A stretch of 64,000 nt of DNA from Oscillospiraceae bacterium. GTDB lineage: Bacteria > Bacillota > Clostridia > Oscillospirales > CAG-272. Under the pieces are notes generated by a model. The model did no database searches, was not told the DNA's origin, and saw only the letters and a list, made by a program, of their open reading frames with translations. Each line of letters begins with the position of its first letter. Position 1 is the stretch's first letter. Below are positions 18,308 through 28,590 of the stretch, one piece after another. The stretch lies in the NCBI GenBank assembly GCA_015064255.1, contig SVSP01000002.1:127462-191461 (forward strand). Direction: 5' to 3'. The position numbers and the translations under genes were made by a program.

Positions 18308-18343
18308 TTCTTATATTACTTTTTTGAAAGGAATAAAATAAAA

Positions 18344-19189
18344 ATGAAAAAATTCGTTTTAAGTGCATTTGCAGATGAAGCAAGCGAGCTTCTTCACGAG
18401 CAGATTGACGCGATGAATGAAAACGGCGTTGAAATGCTTGAAATAAGAGGTGTAAACGGAAGAAATATCTCCGATATGACAAAGGGCGAGGTCAAAGCCG
18501 CAAAATATCTGCTCGATAAAGGCGGAATAAAGGTATGGTCGATCGGCTCTCCGATAGGAAAAGTGAAGATCACAGACGATTTCGATAAGCATTTCGATAA
18601 ATTCAAGAAAACGATGGAATATGCGGACATTCTCGAGGCAAAATCCTTCAGACTTTTCAGCTTCTTCGAGGTTGATACGGAAGAAAAGGAAAACGAAGCT
18701 ATTGAACGCCTCGGAAAATTCTGCGAATATGCAAAGGGTTCGGGCGTAGCCATCTGCCACGAAAACGAAAAGGGAATTTTCGGAGATACTGCACCGCGCT
18801 GTCTTAAGATACACAAGGCTCTTCCCGAGCTTCCCGCAATATTTGACCCCGCAAACTTCGTTCAGGTTGGTCAGGACACACTTGAAGCGTGGGAAATGCT
18901 CGGAAAATACGTTAAGTATATGCACATAAAGGACGCTCTTGAAAACGGAAGCATCGTTCCTGCAGGCAAGGGAACAGGACATATTCCCGAAATACTCGGA
19001 ATGTTTGCAAGTGAGAGCGAAACAAAGGTGCTCACACTTGAGCCTCACCTCAAGGTCTTCTCCGGTCTTGCGGGACTTGAGGGCAAGCAGGAAGGGCTTT
19101 CCGAGCATTACGAATACGGATATCCCGATAACCGTACCGCATTTTCCGCGGCTGTAAGCGCACTCAAAGACGTAATAAATAATATTTAA
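18344..19189 (+). CDS. Sugar phosphate isomerase/epimerase family TIM-barrel protein
   Basis: 281 aa with a TIM-barrel AP_endonuc_2-like pattern (CHENEKGIFG, HIKDA, LEPHL). Confidence 0.6.
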   Translation: MKKFVLSAFADEASELLHEQIDAMNENGVEMLEIRGVNGRNISDMTKGEVKAAKYLLDKGGIKVWSIGSPIGKVKITDDFDKHFDKFKKTMEYADILEAKSFRLFSFFEVDTEEKENEAIERLGKFCEYAKGSGVAICHENEKGIFGDTAPRCLKIHKALPELPAIFDPANFVQVGQDTLEAWEMLGKYVKYMHIKDALENGSIVPAGKGTGHIPEILGMFASESETKVLTLEPHLKVFSGLAGLEGKQEGLSEHYEYGYPDNRTAFSAAVSALKDVINNI

Positions 19190-19223
19190 AAATAAATTAT
19201 CTGAAACGAAAGGAATAAACAAA

Positions 19224-20222
19224 ATGAAAATTCTTGTAACAGGCGGAACCGGATATATCGGTTCTCACACAGTCGTAGAGCTTGTAAAAAACGGATACGA
19301 GCCCATTATCGTTGACAACCTTATCAACTCCAAGGAAAGCGTACTCGGAAAGATCGAAGAGATCTGCGGAGTATATCCGAAATTCTACAACGCAGACGTT
19401 TGCGATGAAGAAGCACTCGAAAAGATCTTCAGCGAAAACGAGATCGAAGCAGTTATCCATTTCGCAGGACTCAAGGCAGTTGGCGAAAGCGTATCAAAGC
19501 CTCTCGAATATTACTCCAACAACATTTTCGGAACGCTCATTCTCTGCAAGGTTATGAAGAAGTACGGATGCAATAAGATCGTATTCTCTTCTTCCGCAAC
19601 AGTTTACGGAATGAACAACACAGCTCCTTACACCGAAGAAATGCCCACATCTGCAACAAACCCTTACGGACAGACCAAGTTTATGCAGGAAATTATGCTT
19701 AAGGATATTGCGTTTGCAAATCCCGAAATGTCTGTAGCACTTCTTCGTTACTTCAACCCGATCGGTGCGCACGAAAGCGGACTTCTCGGCGAAGACCCCA
19801 ACGGAATCCCGAACAACCTCATGCCCTACATCTGCCGCGTTGCAGACGGACGTCTTGCTTGCCTCACGGTTTACGGAAGTGACTATGACACTCCCGACGG
19901 AACAGGCGTACGCGACTACATCCACGTAGTTGACCTTGCAGAAGGACACATTTCCGCGCTCAAGTATCTCGAAGCAAACAAGGGCGTTCTCACAGTCAAC
20001 CTCGGAACAGGTAAGGGAAGCAGCGTTCTTGACGTTGTAAACGCATTCGAGCGTGTAAACGGTGTTAAGGTAAATCACAAGATCGGCGACCGCCGTCCCG
20101 GTGACATCGCTACCTGCTACGCTTCTACCGACAAGGCAAAGGAAGTTCTCGGCTGGGAAGCAAAGCTTGACCTCGACGAAATGTGCCGCGACAGCTGGAA
20201 TTTTATCGTTAAGAACAGATAA
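19224..20222 (+). CDS. galE: UDP-glucose 4-epimerase
   Basis: MKILVTGGTGYIGSHT Rossmann motif and YGQTK active-site region; 332 aa. Confidence 0.9.
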   Translation: MKILVTGGTGYIGSHTVVELVKNGYEPIIVDNLINSKESVLGKIEEICGVYPKFYNADVCDEEALEKIFSENEIEAVIHFAGLKAVGESVSKPLEYYSNNIFGTLILCKVMKKYGCNKIVFSSSATVYGMNNTAPYTEEMPTSATNPYGQTKFMQEIMLKDIAFANPEMSVALLRYFNPIGAHESGLLGEDPNGIPNNLMPYICRVADGRLACLTVYGSDYDTPDGTGVRDYIHVVDLAEGHISALKYLEANKGVLTVNLGTGKGSSVLDVVNAFERVNGVKVNHKIGDRRPGDIATCYASTDKAKEVLGWEAKLDLDEMCRDSWNFIVKNR

Positions 20223-20231
20223 GAAGGTTTG

Positions 20232-20306
20232 CCAAGGACTCTGTCCTTGGATCCTGCTTAAACCCTTTTTGAAAAAAGGGTTTAAGAATCCCAAAAACTT
20301 TTCTGG
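20232..20306 (+). repeat. Modular hairpin element, forward unit (hp1 + hp2 + box)
   Basis: hp1 ccaaggactctgtccttgg at 20232-20250; hp2 cttaaaccctttttgaaaaaagggtttaag at 20257-20286; box cccaaaaacttttctg at 20290-20305. Starts 10 nt after the galE stop. Confidence 0.85.
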
Positions 20307-20356
20307 GAATATACAAAATTCAACTGTAAAATCACTACAAACGGAGGAGGATAACT

Positions 20357-20809
20357 ATGCGTAAGAAAGTAATAAAGAATATTCTACTAATATTTTTACT
20401 TTTGCTTTTGTGTGTTCTTTCTCTGCTTGTTCTCGTCAAAATGATGGACGATCTGACTTTTAGCTCCAAATACAGAGACGCCGAAAGAATCCAAGAGCGT
20501 CTTGAAGACGGTAAGACATATACCAAAGAAGATATTTTTAAAAAGTTTGGAACTCCGCATGATTATTATGACGATACTGAACATTATTCTCGGTATTATA
20601 TCTATAAAGGTGATCCGAATTTGGGTAATCGAGAAGGTCGATACACTCAAGAAGAATATGACGAGATGGCATATCGAAAAGACGTAACAAGTTGGCATTA
20701 TAGTATTTACAGATATTCAGATGGAAGCGATCCGCACTCTATTTCCATTAAGTTTAACGAAGACGGAAAAGTTGTAAGCTTTAAAATGGAACGCATGGGT
20801 GGCGGTTAA
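20357..20809 (+). CDS. Hypothetical membrane-anchored/secreted protein
   Basis: 150 aa with an N-terminal hydrophobic anchor and a Tyr/Asp-rich body. AT-rich codon usage unlike its neighbours. Confidence 0.4.
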   Translation: MRKKVIKNILLIFLLLLLCVLSLLVLVKMMDDLTFSSKYRDAERIQERLEDGKTYTKEDIFKKFGTPHDYYDDTEHYSRYYIYKGDPNLGNREGRYTQEEYDEMAYRKDVTSWHYSIYRYSDGSDPHSISIKFNEDGKVVSFKMERMGGG

Positions 20810-20825
20810 AACAAAATTATAATTG

Positions 20826-20867
20826 AAAATCGGCAGAGAAACAATTTCTCTGCCGATTTTGTGTTTT
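20826..20867. terminator. Bidirectional intrinsic terminator (hypothetical gene / rnj)
   Basis: aaaatcggcagagaa-acaa-tttctctgccgatttt followed by a T-run. Lies between convergent genes. Confidence 0.75.
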
Positions 20868-22541
20868 TTAAACATCTAAAATTATGGGAAGGATCATTGG
20901 GCGGCGCTTGGTCCTTGAGTAAATGTAACGCGCAAGGTCGTCCTTGATGGCGTTTTTGAGCTGTGCCCAATCGATGTAATCGCGGTCGAGCCCGTCGTAG
21001 ATGGATTCGTACGCGATGCGTCGGAGCTCGGTTATAAGCTCTTCCGATTCGCGCATATATACAAATCCGCGGGTAATAACTTCGGGTCCGGATATGAGAA
21101 GACCTTCGTCAAGCGAAACCGATGCAACAACGACGATAATACCTTCTTCGGAAAGGTGCTTTCTGTCGCGCAGAACGATGTTTCCTACGTCGCCGACACC
21201 TGCACCGTCAACAAAGAGCACTCCGCTGGGAATAGTTCCGTTGAATTTCGCACTCTTTGAGGATATTTCGAGAACTTTTCCGTTTTCTCCGATGAAGATC
21301 GTTGACGGATCCTGCCCCATGGATTTTGCAATATCGCGGTTTGCGGCAAGATGCTTGTGCTCACCGTGTACGGGCATAAAATACTTCGGCTTTACAAGAG
21401 CCTGAAGAAGCTTTATCTCGCCTTGACAAGCGTGTCCCGAAACGTGAATTTCAACCGAAGAATCGCGGAAAACGGTGACGTTGTTTTTGGTAAATTCGTT
21501 TATGAGTCTGTCAACAAGCTTTTCGTTGCCAGGAATCGGGTTTGCGCTGATTACGACAAGGTCATCGTTGCCGAGGTTTAATTTTGCGTGATCGGAAAAC
21601 GCCATACGGTAGAGCGCGGACATAGGCTCACCCTGACTTCCCGTGGTTATGACGGTTACGTTTTCGGGATTGTAATTTTTGATGTCGCCGATATCAATGA
21701 TCGCGCCTTCGGGCACGTGCATATATCCGAGCTCGATAGCGGCGCTGACGATGTTCTGCATACTTCTTCCGATAACGGCAACCTTTCTCTTGTGAGCAAC
21801 GCTTATGTCGATTATCTGCTGTACGCGGTGAACGTTAGAGGAAAAGGTCGTTATTACAATACGCTTTTTGGGGTGGCGCATAAATACCGATTTGAGAGAG
21901 TCGCCGACGGTCTTTTCGGACGGCGTAAATCCGGGACGCTCTGCGTTTGTCGATTCGCACATAAGAAGGAGCACGCCTTCTTTTCCGAGTTCGCCGAAGC
22001 GGGTGAGGTCCATTACCTCGCCGTCGATAGGAGTAAGGTCGATCTTGAAGTCGCCTGTGTGAATAACAGTTCCGAGCGGTGTGAATATCGCAAGCGCACA
22101 GGCGTCTGCAATAGAGTGGTTGACGTGTATAAATTCAACGAACATTTCGCCCGCTTCGATAACGTCGCCTGCTTCCACCGAGAAAAGGCGGGGCTTGAAG
22201 GGAATCTTGTGCTCTTCGAGCTTGTATTTTATTATTCCTATGGTGAGTCTTGTTCCGTATATCGGTACGTCGATCTCGCTGAGAAGATAGGGAATAGATC
22301 CGATGTGGTCCTCGTGACCGTGAGTCAGGAAAACACCGCGAATGCGGTCAACGTTCTTTTTAAGGTATGAAAAATCGGGGATAACGAGGTCAACACCGAG
22401 CATATCGTCATCGGGAAAGCCCATACCGCAGTCTATTATGATTATGTCTTCGTCGTATTCAAGCACGGTGAGATTCTTTCCGATCTCGCCGAGACCGCCA
22501 AGACATGCAACCTTGAGTTTTTTTGCAGCTTTTTTTGCCAT
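20868..22541 (-). CDS. rnj: Ribonuclease J
   Basis: ORF 20868..22634; start set at the ATG at 22541 (MAKKAAKKLKV). Has the metallo-beta-lactamase motif HGHEDHIG and a beta-CASP layout. Confidence 0.9.
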   Translation of the reverse strand: MAKKAAKKLKVACLGGLGEIGKNLTVLEYDEDIIIIDCGMGFPDDDMLGVDLVIPDFSYLKKNVDRIRGVFLTHGHEDHIGSIPYLLSEIDVPIYGTRLTIGIIKYKLEEHKIPFKPRLFSVEAGDVIEAGEMFVEFIHVNHSIADACALAIFTPLGTVIHTGDFKIDLTPIDGEVMDLTRFGELGKEGVLLLMCESTNAERPGFTPSEKTVGDSLKSVFMRHPKKRIVITTFSSNVHRVQQIIDISVAHKRKVAVIGRSMQNIVSAAIELGYMHVPEGAIIDIGDIKNYNPENVTVITTGSQGEPMSALYRMAFSDHAKLNLGNDDLVVISANPIPGNEKLVDRLINEFTKNNVTVFRDSSVEIHVSGHACQGEIKLLQALVKPKYFMPVHGEHKHLAANRDIAKSMGQDPSTIFIGENGKVLEISSKSAKFNGTIPSGVLFVDGAGVGDVGNIVLRDRKHLSEEGIIVVVASVSLDEGLLISGPEVITRGFVYMRESEELITELRRIAYESIYDGLDRDYIDWAQLKNAIKDDLARYIYSRTKRRPMILPIILDV

Positions 22542-22882
22542 ATAATATCCTTTCTTTAATATAAAATTTGAAAACAGAGTTCGCAAAACGCGTCTGTCGG
22601 CACCAAAAAAGACCGTGCAGACAGACTTGTACACGGGAAAAAGAGAGAAAGCGTAAAATTTAACGTATTTTCGGATAAAACCCCATCTTCTACCCGAGAA
22701 ATACCGAAAAGTTACGGCTTAATAAAAATATGTATTTGACAGGCGCGAGAATCATACACAAAACGTCCCGTGTATGTCGGCACCCGTCTTTTTACACGTA
22801 CAAAATATATCACTTTATATTACCATTTATTAATGAACAATAAAATGATTGATTTTTGCTTATCTGTAAACATTTTCTCTGC

Positions 22883-23140
22883 TTATGAGAAAAATATTAC
22901 GATAACGGTGAAAAGCACCGAGCATATCGCGCATCCGAGGGAAAATGAGAAAAAACGCTTAAGCGATGCGGGACACTCGTCCTCGGCTGTCTTTTCTCTT
23001 ATGATTTTCGATGCCTCTTTTATCATATCGCGTATGCTGTGTTTGTCGGTATTTTCGCGTAAGACGAAATACGCACTTTCGAAAAGAGAACTTTTTGTGT
23101 CGCGTATAACCACCACTCTGCGTCTGTAACCCTTGTACAT
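22883..23140 (-). CDS. Hypothetical small protein with C-terminal TM anchor
   Basis: 85 aa with the C-terminal segment LGCAICSVLFTVIVIFF. No recognisable family. Confidence 0.35.
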   Translation of the reverse strand: MYKGYRRRVVVIRDTKSSLFESAYFVLRENTDKHSIRDMIKEASKIIREKTAEDECPASLKRFFSFSLGCAICSVLFTVIVIFFS

Positions 23141-23185
23141 TTTATTCGGCTCCTCCCTTTAAAATTATAGGTTTGTAATTTTTTC

Positions 23186-23404
23186 TTAATTTTCGAATAC
23201 GCTTATAATTTCTTCGGCTATTTTACTTGATATTTCGCTGTCTTCTTCGTCTGTGCCTGTCATTTCGTATATTTGCGAAGCTGAAAACGATATGCCCGAT
23301 GCTTCGCTGCTGTGCGCGAGAAAACAGAGCGAGAGTGTTATGATGAGCAGGGAAAGAAGTACGGCATACATACACCGTGAATACTGCTTTATAATTTTTA
23401 TCAT
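23186..23404 (-). CDS. Hypothetical small secreted protein
   Basis: 72 aa with a signal-peptide-like N-terminus (AVLLSLLIITLSLCFLAHS) and an acidic tail. Confidence 0.3.
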   Translation of the reverse strand: MIKIIKQYSRCMYAVLLSLLIITLSLCFLAHSSEASGISFSASQIYEMTGTDEEDSEISSKIAEEIISVFEN

Positions 23405-23543
23405 TTTGAAATATCCTTTCTGTTTGTGAATCGTATTTGTGTGCTGATATATTTTTACCGTTAAAACAGAGTATTATGCGAATTTTGGGAAATAAGATAC
23501 AAAAAGAATTTAAAAGAAATCTTATGATAGTACATATTTAGCA

Positions 23544-23572
23544 TTGACATATTGAAAAAAAAGTGGTATAAT
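23544..23572 (+). promoter_or_regulatory. Consensus extended -10 promoter of the pyr operon
   Basis: TTGACA at 23544-23549, 17-nt spacer, TGgTATAAT ending at 23572. Confidence 0.65.
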
Positions 23573-23623
23573 TTTTGGAAGAAAAAAACAGAAGACAATA
23601 TGTGCAAAAAGGAGTGGGAAAAA

Positions 23624-24901
23624 GTGCGCTGCAAACTTGAAAAAGCATATATATACGGACTTAAAGAAAACAATTATACAGATATTCTCATTTCATCTGA
23701 CGTGATCGGTCAGGCACGTATTTCCGATAATTCTGCAGACTTCTCCTCTATGGGAGAAGAGTTTTCCGTTTTAAAAAATTGTGCTGTATTTCCCGGTTTC
23801 GTTGATGTGCATACACACCTCAGAGAGCCGGGTTTTTCTTATAAAGAAACGGTAAAAAGCGGAACTGCGGCGGCTGCAGCAGGCGGATGTACGGTGATTT
23901 GCTCGATGCCTAACCTTGTTCCTTCGCCGTTCAGCAGGGAAAATCTCGACAGACAGCTTGAGATAATAGAACGCGATGCGAAAATAAAGGTAATACCCTA
24001 CGGAAGAATAACAAAAGACGGTGAAGATCTCGCCGATATGGAAGATATGGCAGACAGCGTTATAGCTTTTTCGGACGACGGCATCGGAGTTCAGATCGAA
24101 GAGGTTATGAGAAAGGCTATGACAGAGGCGGCAAGACTCGGAAAGATAATCGCCGCACACTGCGAGGACGATCTGCTGAGAGCAGGTGGAGCTATTCACG
24201 CAGGAAAGTTTGCAAAAGAGCATAATATTCCCGGAATTTCGTCCGAATCCGAATGGAAACAGATAGAAAGAGATATAAAGCTTGCAGAAGAAACAGGATG
24301 TGCTTATCACGTTTGTCATATATCGACAAAGGAGAGCGTACAGCTTATACGCGAGGCAAAAGCAAGAGGCGTAAACATCACCTGCGAAACGGGACCGCAC
24401 TATCTCGTAATGGACGAGGGTGACCTTGTCGACCACGGAAACTATAAGATGAATCCTCCGCTTCGTTCAAAAGAAGACAGAGAGGCGCTCATAGAAGGCG
24501 TGCGCGACGGAACTGTTGATATGATAGCGACAGACCACGCACCTCACAGCGAGGAAGAAAAATCAAAGGGACTTGAAAAGAGCCTTATGGGTATAGTCGG
24601 ACTTGAAACGGCTTTCCCGATACTCTACACAGAGCTTGTTAAAAAGGGTGTTATCACGCTGGAGAGGCTTGTCGATATGATGAGTACTATTCCGAATGAA
24701 AGATTTTCGGCGGGCAGAGGTGATATGTTTGGAGAAAAGGGAAGCTTCACGGTATTTTCTCTTGACAGCGAGTACGAAATAGACCCCGAAAAATTCCTCT
24801 CGATGGGAAGAAATACTCCGTTTGGCGGAAGAAAAGTGTTCGGAAAATGCCTTATGACGGTATGCGACGGAAAAATCGTATATAATTCAATTGAAAAATA
24901 A
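23624..24901 (+). CDS. pyrC: Dihydroorotase
   Basis: DVHTHLREPG metal-binding motif, HVCHIST and ATDHAPH. The GTG at 23624 has GGAG 9 nt upstream. Alternative starts are the ATG at 23600 and the ORF-track start at 23552. Confidence 0.85.
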   Translation: MRCKLEKAYIYGLKENNYTDILISSDVIGQARISDNSADFSSMGEEFSVLKNCAVFPGFVDVHTHLREPGFSYKETVKSGTAAAAAGGCTVICSMPNLVPSPFSRENLDRQLEIIERDAKIKVIPYGRITKDGEDLADMEDMADSVIAFSDDGIGVQIEEVMRKAMTEAARLGKIIAAHCEDDLLRAGGAIHAGKFAKEHNIPGISSESEWKQIERDIKLAEETGCAYHVCHISTKESVQLIREAKARGVNITCETGPHYLVMDEGDLVDHGNYKMNPPLRSKEDREALIEGVRDGTVDMIATDHAPHSEEEKSKGLEKSLMGIVGLETAFPILYTELVKKGVITLERLVDMMSTIPNERFSAGRGDMFGEKGSFTVFSLDSEYEIDPEKFLSMGRNTPFGGRKVFGKCLMTVCDGKIVYNSIEK

Positions 24902-24991
24902 GTTAATAATAAGAAAATCAATATAGATAAAGGACAAAACGCTCGCGCTCGCTCGTTGAGTCGTTTGTAACAGAAAGGAAATTAAACAGCT

Positions 24992-27900
24992 ATGCCGAAG
25001 AGAACAGACATTCACAAGATAATGATAATTGGCTCCGGTCCGATAGTAATCGGTCAGGCTGCCGAATTCGACTATGCAGGTACACAGGCTTGTATCGCGC
25101 TTAAAGAAGAAGGCTACGAGGTAGTTCTTGCAAACTCCAACCCCGCAACGATAATGACAGATACATCTATTGCAGATAAGGTGTATATGGAGCCGCTTAC
25201 TCTTGAGTATGTGTCACGAATCATTAGATACGAGCGACCCGACGCAATTATCCCCGGTATCGGCGGTCAGACAGGTCTTAACCTCGCGATGCAGCTCGAA
25301 AAGAAGGGAATACTCGCAGAATGCGGAGTAGAGCTTCTCGGAACGTCGGGCGAAAGTATCGAAAGAGCAGAAGACAGAGAGCTTTTCAAGGAGCTTTGTA
25401 CATCTATCGGCGAGCCTGTAATTCCCTCGGAAATAACATACTCGGTTGAAGAAGCAAAAAAGGCGGCTGAAAGAATAGGATATCCCGTAGTACTTCGTCC
25501 CGCATTTACACTCGGCGGTACAGGCGGCGGATTTGCAGGTGACGAAAAGGAGCTTGAAGAGGTTGCTATCAACGCTTTCAGACTCTCTCCCGTTCATCAG
25601 GTTCTTATCGAAAAGAGCGTTAAGGGATACAAAGAAATTGAATTTGAAGTTATGCGCGACGGCACCGGACACGCTATCACCATCTGCGGTATGGAAAACG
25701 TTGACCCTGTCGGCGTTCATACGGGCGACTCGGTCGTTGTTGCTCCGATTATGAGCCTTTCAAAGGAAGACGAAAAGATGCTCAACGATAGTGCAATCAA
25801 GCTTATCAAGGAGCTTAAGATAGAAGGCGGATGCAACGTACAGTTTGCACTTCACCCTACAACTTCTCAGTATTATCTTATCGAGGTAAACCCGAGAGTT
25901 TCCCGTTCTTCTGCGCTCGCATCCAAGGCAAGCGGATATCCGATAGCAAGAGTTACGGCAAAGATCGCTGTCGGTATGACTCTTGAAGATATCAAGCTCG
26001 GAAATACTACCGCGGCATACGAGCCCTCTCTTGACTATATAATCGCGAAGCTTCCGAGATTCCCGTTTGATAAATTTGCGGCAGCTACGAACAAGCTCGG
26101 CACACAGATGAAGGCAACAGGTGAGGTTATGGGTATCGGCTCAAACCTTGAAGAATGTCTTCTCAAATCGGTACGTTCACTTGAGATCGGAGTTTGCCAC
26201 TTCCATATGCCTAAGTTCGATAATATGGCTACCGAAGAAATAATTGAGTATATGTCTGATTTCAGAGATGATACTCTCTTTACGGTATGCGAGCTTCTCC
26301 GCCGCGGAGTTACGATCGAAAAGCTTCACGAGATCACGATGATAACTCCCCTTTTCCTCGAAGCTCTTAAGCGTATAACCGACTGCGAAGCAGTACTCAA
26401 GGATAACGTTATGAACGAGGAAGTGCTTAAAGAAGCAAAGAAGCTCGGTTTCTCGGATAAATATATCGCAAAGCTCTGGAACACACGCGAAATTGACGTA
26501 TGGAAGTTCCGTACAGGCAAGAATATTTATCCTATCTACAAAATGGTAGATACAGCGCACACGGGACACTATATTCCTTACTTCTATTCGAGCTATACAG
26601 GCGAAAACAAGTCGATAGTTACGGATAAGGAAAAGAAGCTGGTTCTCGGTGCAGGTCCTATCCGTATCGGTCAGGGCGTGGAATTTGACTACTCATCGGT
26701 TCACGCAGTTCAGACGATACGTAGCGCAGGATACGAGGCTATTATAATAAACAACAACCCCGAAACAGTTTCGACAGACTATACAACTGCCGATAAGCTC
26801 TATTTCGAGCCTCTCACAGTAGAGGACGTTATGAACATCGTCCACTTTGAAAATCCCGACGGAGTTATCGCATCTCTTGGCGGACAGACGGCAATCAATC
26901 TTGCACAGCCCCTACACGATCTCGGAGTCAAGCTCATCGGTACAGACTGCGAGGCAATCGATAAGGCAGAGGACAGAAACGCATTTGAAAATCTTCTCAA
27001 CGACCTTAATATCCCGAGAGCAAAGGGAAAGGCTGTTACAAATATTGAGGACGGAATTAAAGCGGCAGCAGAGATCGGATACCCCGTGCTCGTTCGTCCG
27101 AGCTTCGTTCTTGGCGGACGCGCTATGCAGATCGTAGGTAACGAGGAGCAGCTCCGTCAGTACCTTAAAACCGCCGTTGAGATCGACGAGGACAAGCCCG
27201 TTCTCGTAGATAAGTATATTATCGGTAAAGAGGTCGAGGTCGATGCTATTTGCGACGGTCGCGACGTGTTCGTGCCCGGTATAATGGAGCTTGTTGAGCG
27301 TACAGGTGTACACTCGGGAGACTCTATCAGCGTATATCCCACCTTCAGCATTTCCAACAAAGTAAAGGGAACGATCCTTCAGTACGCAAAGAAGCTCGGT
27401 CTTGGAATCGGCATCAAGGGACTTTACAACATTCAGTTTATCGTCGATAAGGACGAGAACGTATATATCATCGAGGTAAACCCCCGTTCTTCCAGAACGG
27501 TACCCTTCCTCTCTAAAGCAACAGGCTACAGCCTTGCTGACATCGCAACAGAGGTAATTCTCGGTAAGAGCCTCAAGGAACAGGGAATTTTTGATATTTA
27601 CCCCGAGGAAAAGAAGCGTTATTACGTTAAGGTGCCGGTATTCTCCTTCAATAAGATAAGCGGACTTGACGCATATCTCTCCCCTGAGATGAAGTCAACA
27701 GGTGAGGCTATCGGTTACGATGACAAGCTCTCCCGCGCAATGCAAAAGGCACTTATTGCAGGAGGAGTAACCCTTCAAAACTACGGAACTATTATAGTAA
27801 CCCTCGCAGACGAGGACAAGGAGGAGGCGCTCCCCTTGGTTCGCCGCTTCTACGATATGGGATTCAATATTGAAGCAACGATAGGTACTGCGAACTTCTT

Positions 27901-28165
27901 AAAGGAGCACGGAATCCGTACAAGAGTGCGCAAGAAGCTTCTTGAGGGCAGTGAGGAGATATTTGACTCTATTCGTGCAGGATACGTAAGCTACGTTATC
28001 AACACCCGCGCGATCTTGTCGGGCATACATTACAATGACGGTATTGAGATACGCCGCTGCGCGGTTGAGAACGGTGTAACACTTTTCTCGAGTCTTGATA
28101 CTGTGAGAATCGTTCTTGACGTTCTTGACGAAATCACCAACAGAGTATCTACCATAGATTCGTAA
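24992..28165 (+). CDS. carB: Carbamoyl-phosphate synthase large subunit
   Basis: 1057 aa with duplicated ATP-grasp halves (IMIIGSGPIVIGQAAEFDYAGTQA and LVLGAGPIRIGQGVEFDYSSV) and an MGS-like C-terminus. Confidence 0.95.
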   Translation: MPKRTDIHKIMIIGSGPIVIGQAAEFDYAGTQACIALKEEGYEVVLANSNPATIMTDTSIADKVYMEPLTLEYVSRIIRYERPDAIIPGIGGQTGLNLAMQLEKKGILAECGVELLGTSGESIERAEDRELFKELCTSIGEPVIPSEITYSVEEAKKAAERIGYPVVLRPAFTLGGTGGGFAGDEKELEEVAINAFRLSPVHQVLIEKSVKGYKEIEFEVMRDGTGHAITICGMENVDPVGVHTGDSVVVAPIMSLSKEDEKMLNDSAIKLIKELKIEGGCNVQFALHPTTSQYYLIEVNPRVSRSSALASKASGYPIARVTAKIAVGMTLEDIKLGNTTAAYEPSLDYIIAKLPRFPFDKFAAATNKLGTQMKATGEVMGIGSNLEECLLKSVRSLEIGVCHFHMPKFDNMATEEIIEYMSDFRDDTLFTVCELLRRGVTIEKLHEITMITPLFLEALKRITDCEAVLKDNVMNEEVLKEAKKLGFSDKYIAKLWNTREIDVWKFRTGKNIYPIYKMVDTAHTGHYIPYFYSSYTGENKSIVTDKEKKLVLGAGPIRIGQGVEFDYSSVHAVQTIRSAGYEAIIINNNPETVSTDYTTADKLYFEPLTVEDVMNIVHFENPDGVIASLGGQTAINLAQPLHDLGVKLIGTDCEAIDKAEDRNAFENLLNDLNIPRAKGKAVTNIEDGIKAAAEIGYPVLVRPSFVLGGRAMQIVGNEEQLRQYLKTAVEIDEDKPVLVDKYIIGKEVEVDAICDGRDVFVPGIMELVERTGVHSGDSISVYPTFSISNKVKGTILQYAKKLGLGIGIKGLYNIQFIVDKDENVYIIEVNPRSSRTVPFLSKATGYSLADIATEVILGKSLKEQGIFDIYPEEKKRYYVKVPVFSFNKISGLDAYLSPEMKSTGEAIGYDDKLSRAMQKALIAGGVTLQNYGTIIVTLADEDKEEALPLVRRFYDMGFNIEATIGTANFLKEHGIRTRVRKKLLEGSEEIFDSIRAGYVSYVINTRAILSGIHYNDGIEIRRCAVENGVTLFSSLDTVRIVLDVLDEITNRVSTIDS

Positions 28166-28590
28166 CCAAGGGCGTTGCCCTTGGAACCCGCTTAGAAACT
28201 TTTTGAAAAAAGTTTCTAAGAACTTCAAAAACTTTGCTGAAAAAGAGCAAGATTCGGAGGAGGCAGTTTTTGCGTCAGCAAAACTGCCAAGCGATGACGA
28301 AGTCATCGGTTTTCCCTTATGGAAACCCTGCCAAAACCCTTTTTGAAAAAAGGTTTTGGATTCCCAAAAACTTTACTGAAAAGAAAAAATAATAGTCGAA
28401 GCGACACGAAGTGTCGGTTTGGGCGCGTAATTTGCGGTTTTTGCTTACTCATAGTTTATCAGGGGTACGGACCGTCGAGGACGCCGGTCCCTACAATGGA
28501 TTTAATATTATAAACTAAAACAAATTCCTTCCCCCTTTAAGAAAAGTTTTTGGGAAGGTGCGGAAACCCTTTTTTCAAAAAGGGTTTCTG
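28166..28590. repeat. Array of modular hairpin element units and accessory hairpins
   Basis: Forward unit 28166-28245; hairpins 28262-28288 and 28292-28308; forward unit 28331-28383; hairpin 28402-28416; hp4 28469-28495; reverse unit 28527-28590. Fills the carB-pyrK spacer. Confidence 0.85.

Noticed and set aside
18308-18343. Possible decayed element copy after the GH36 gene (attacttttttgaaaggaat).
   Set aside because: It shares only the T/A-rich core. There are no complementary flanking arms, hp1 or box, so this is too little to call.
23405-23623. PyrR-type attenuator upstream of pyrC.
   Set aside because: The consensus promoter leaves a leader of about 45 nt without a terminator or antiterminator hairpin, and no pyrR gene is in the window.
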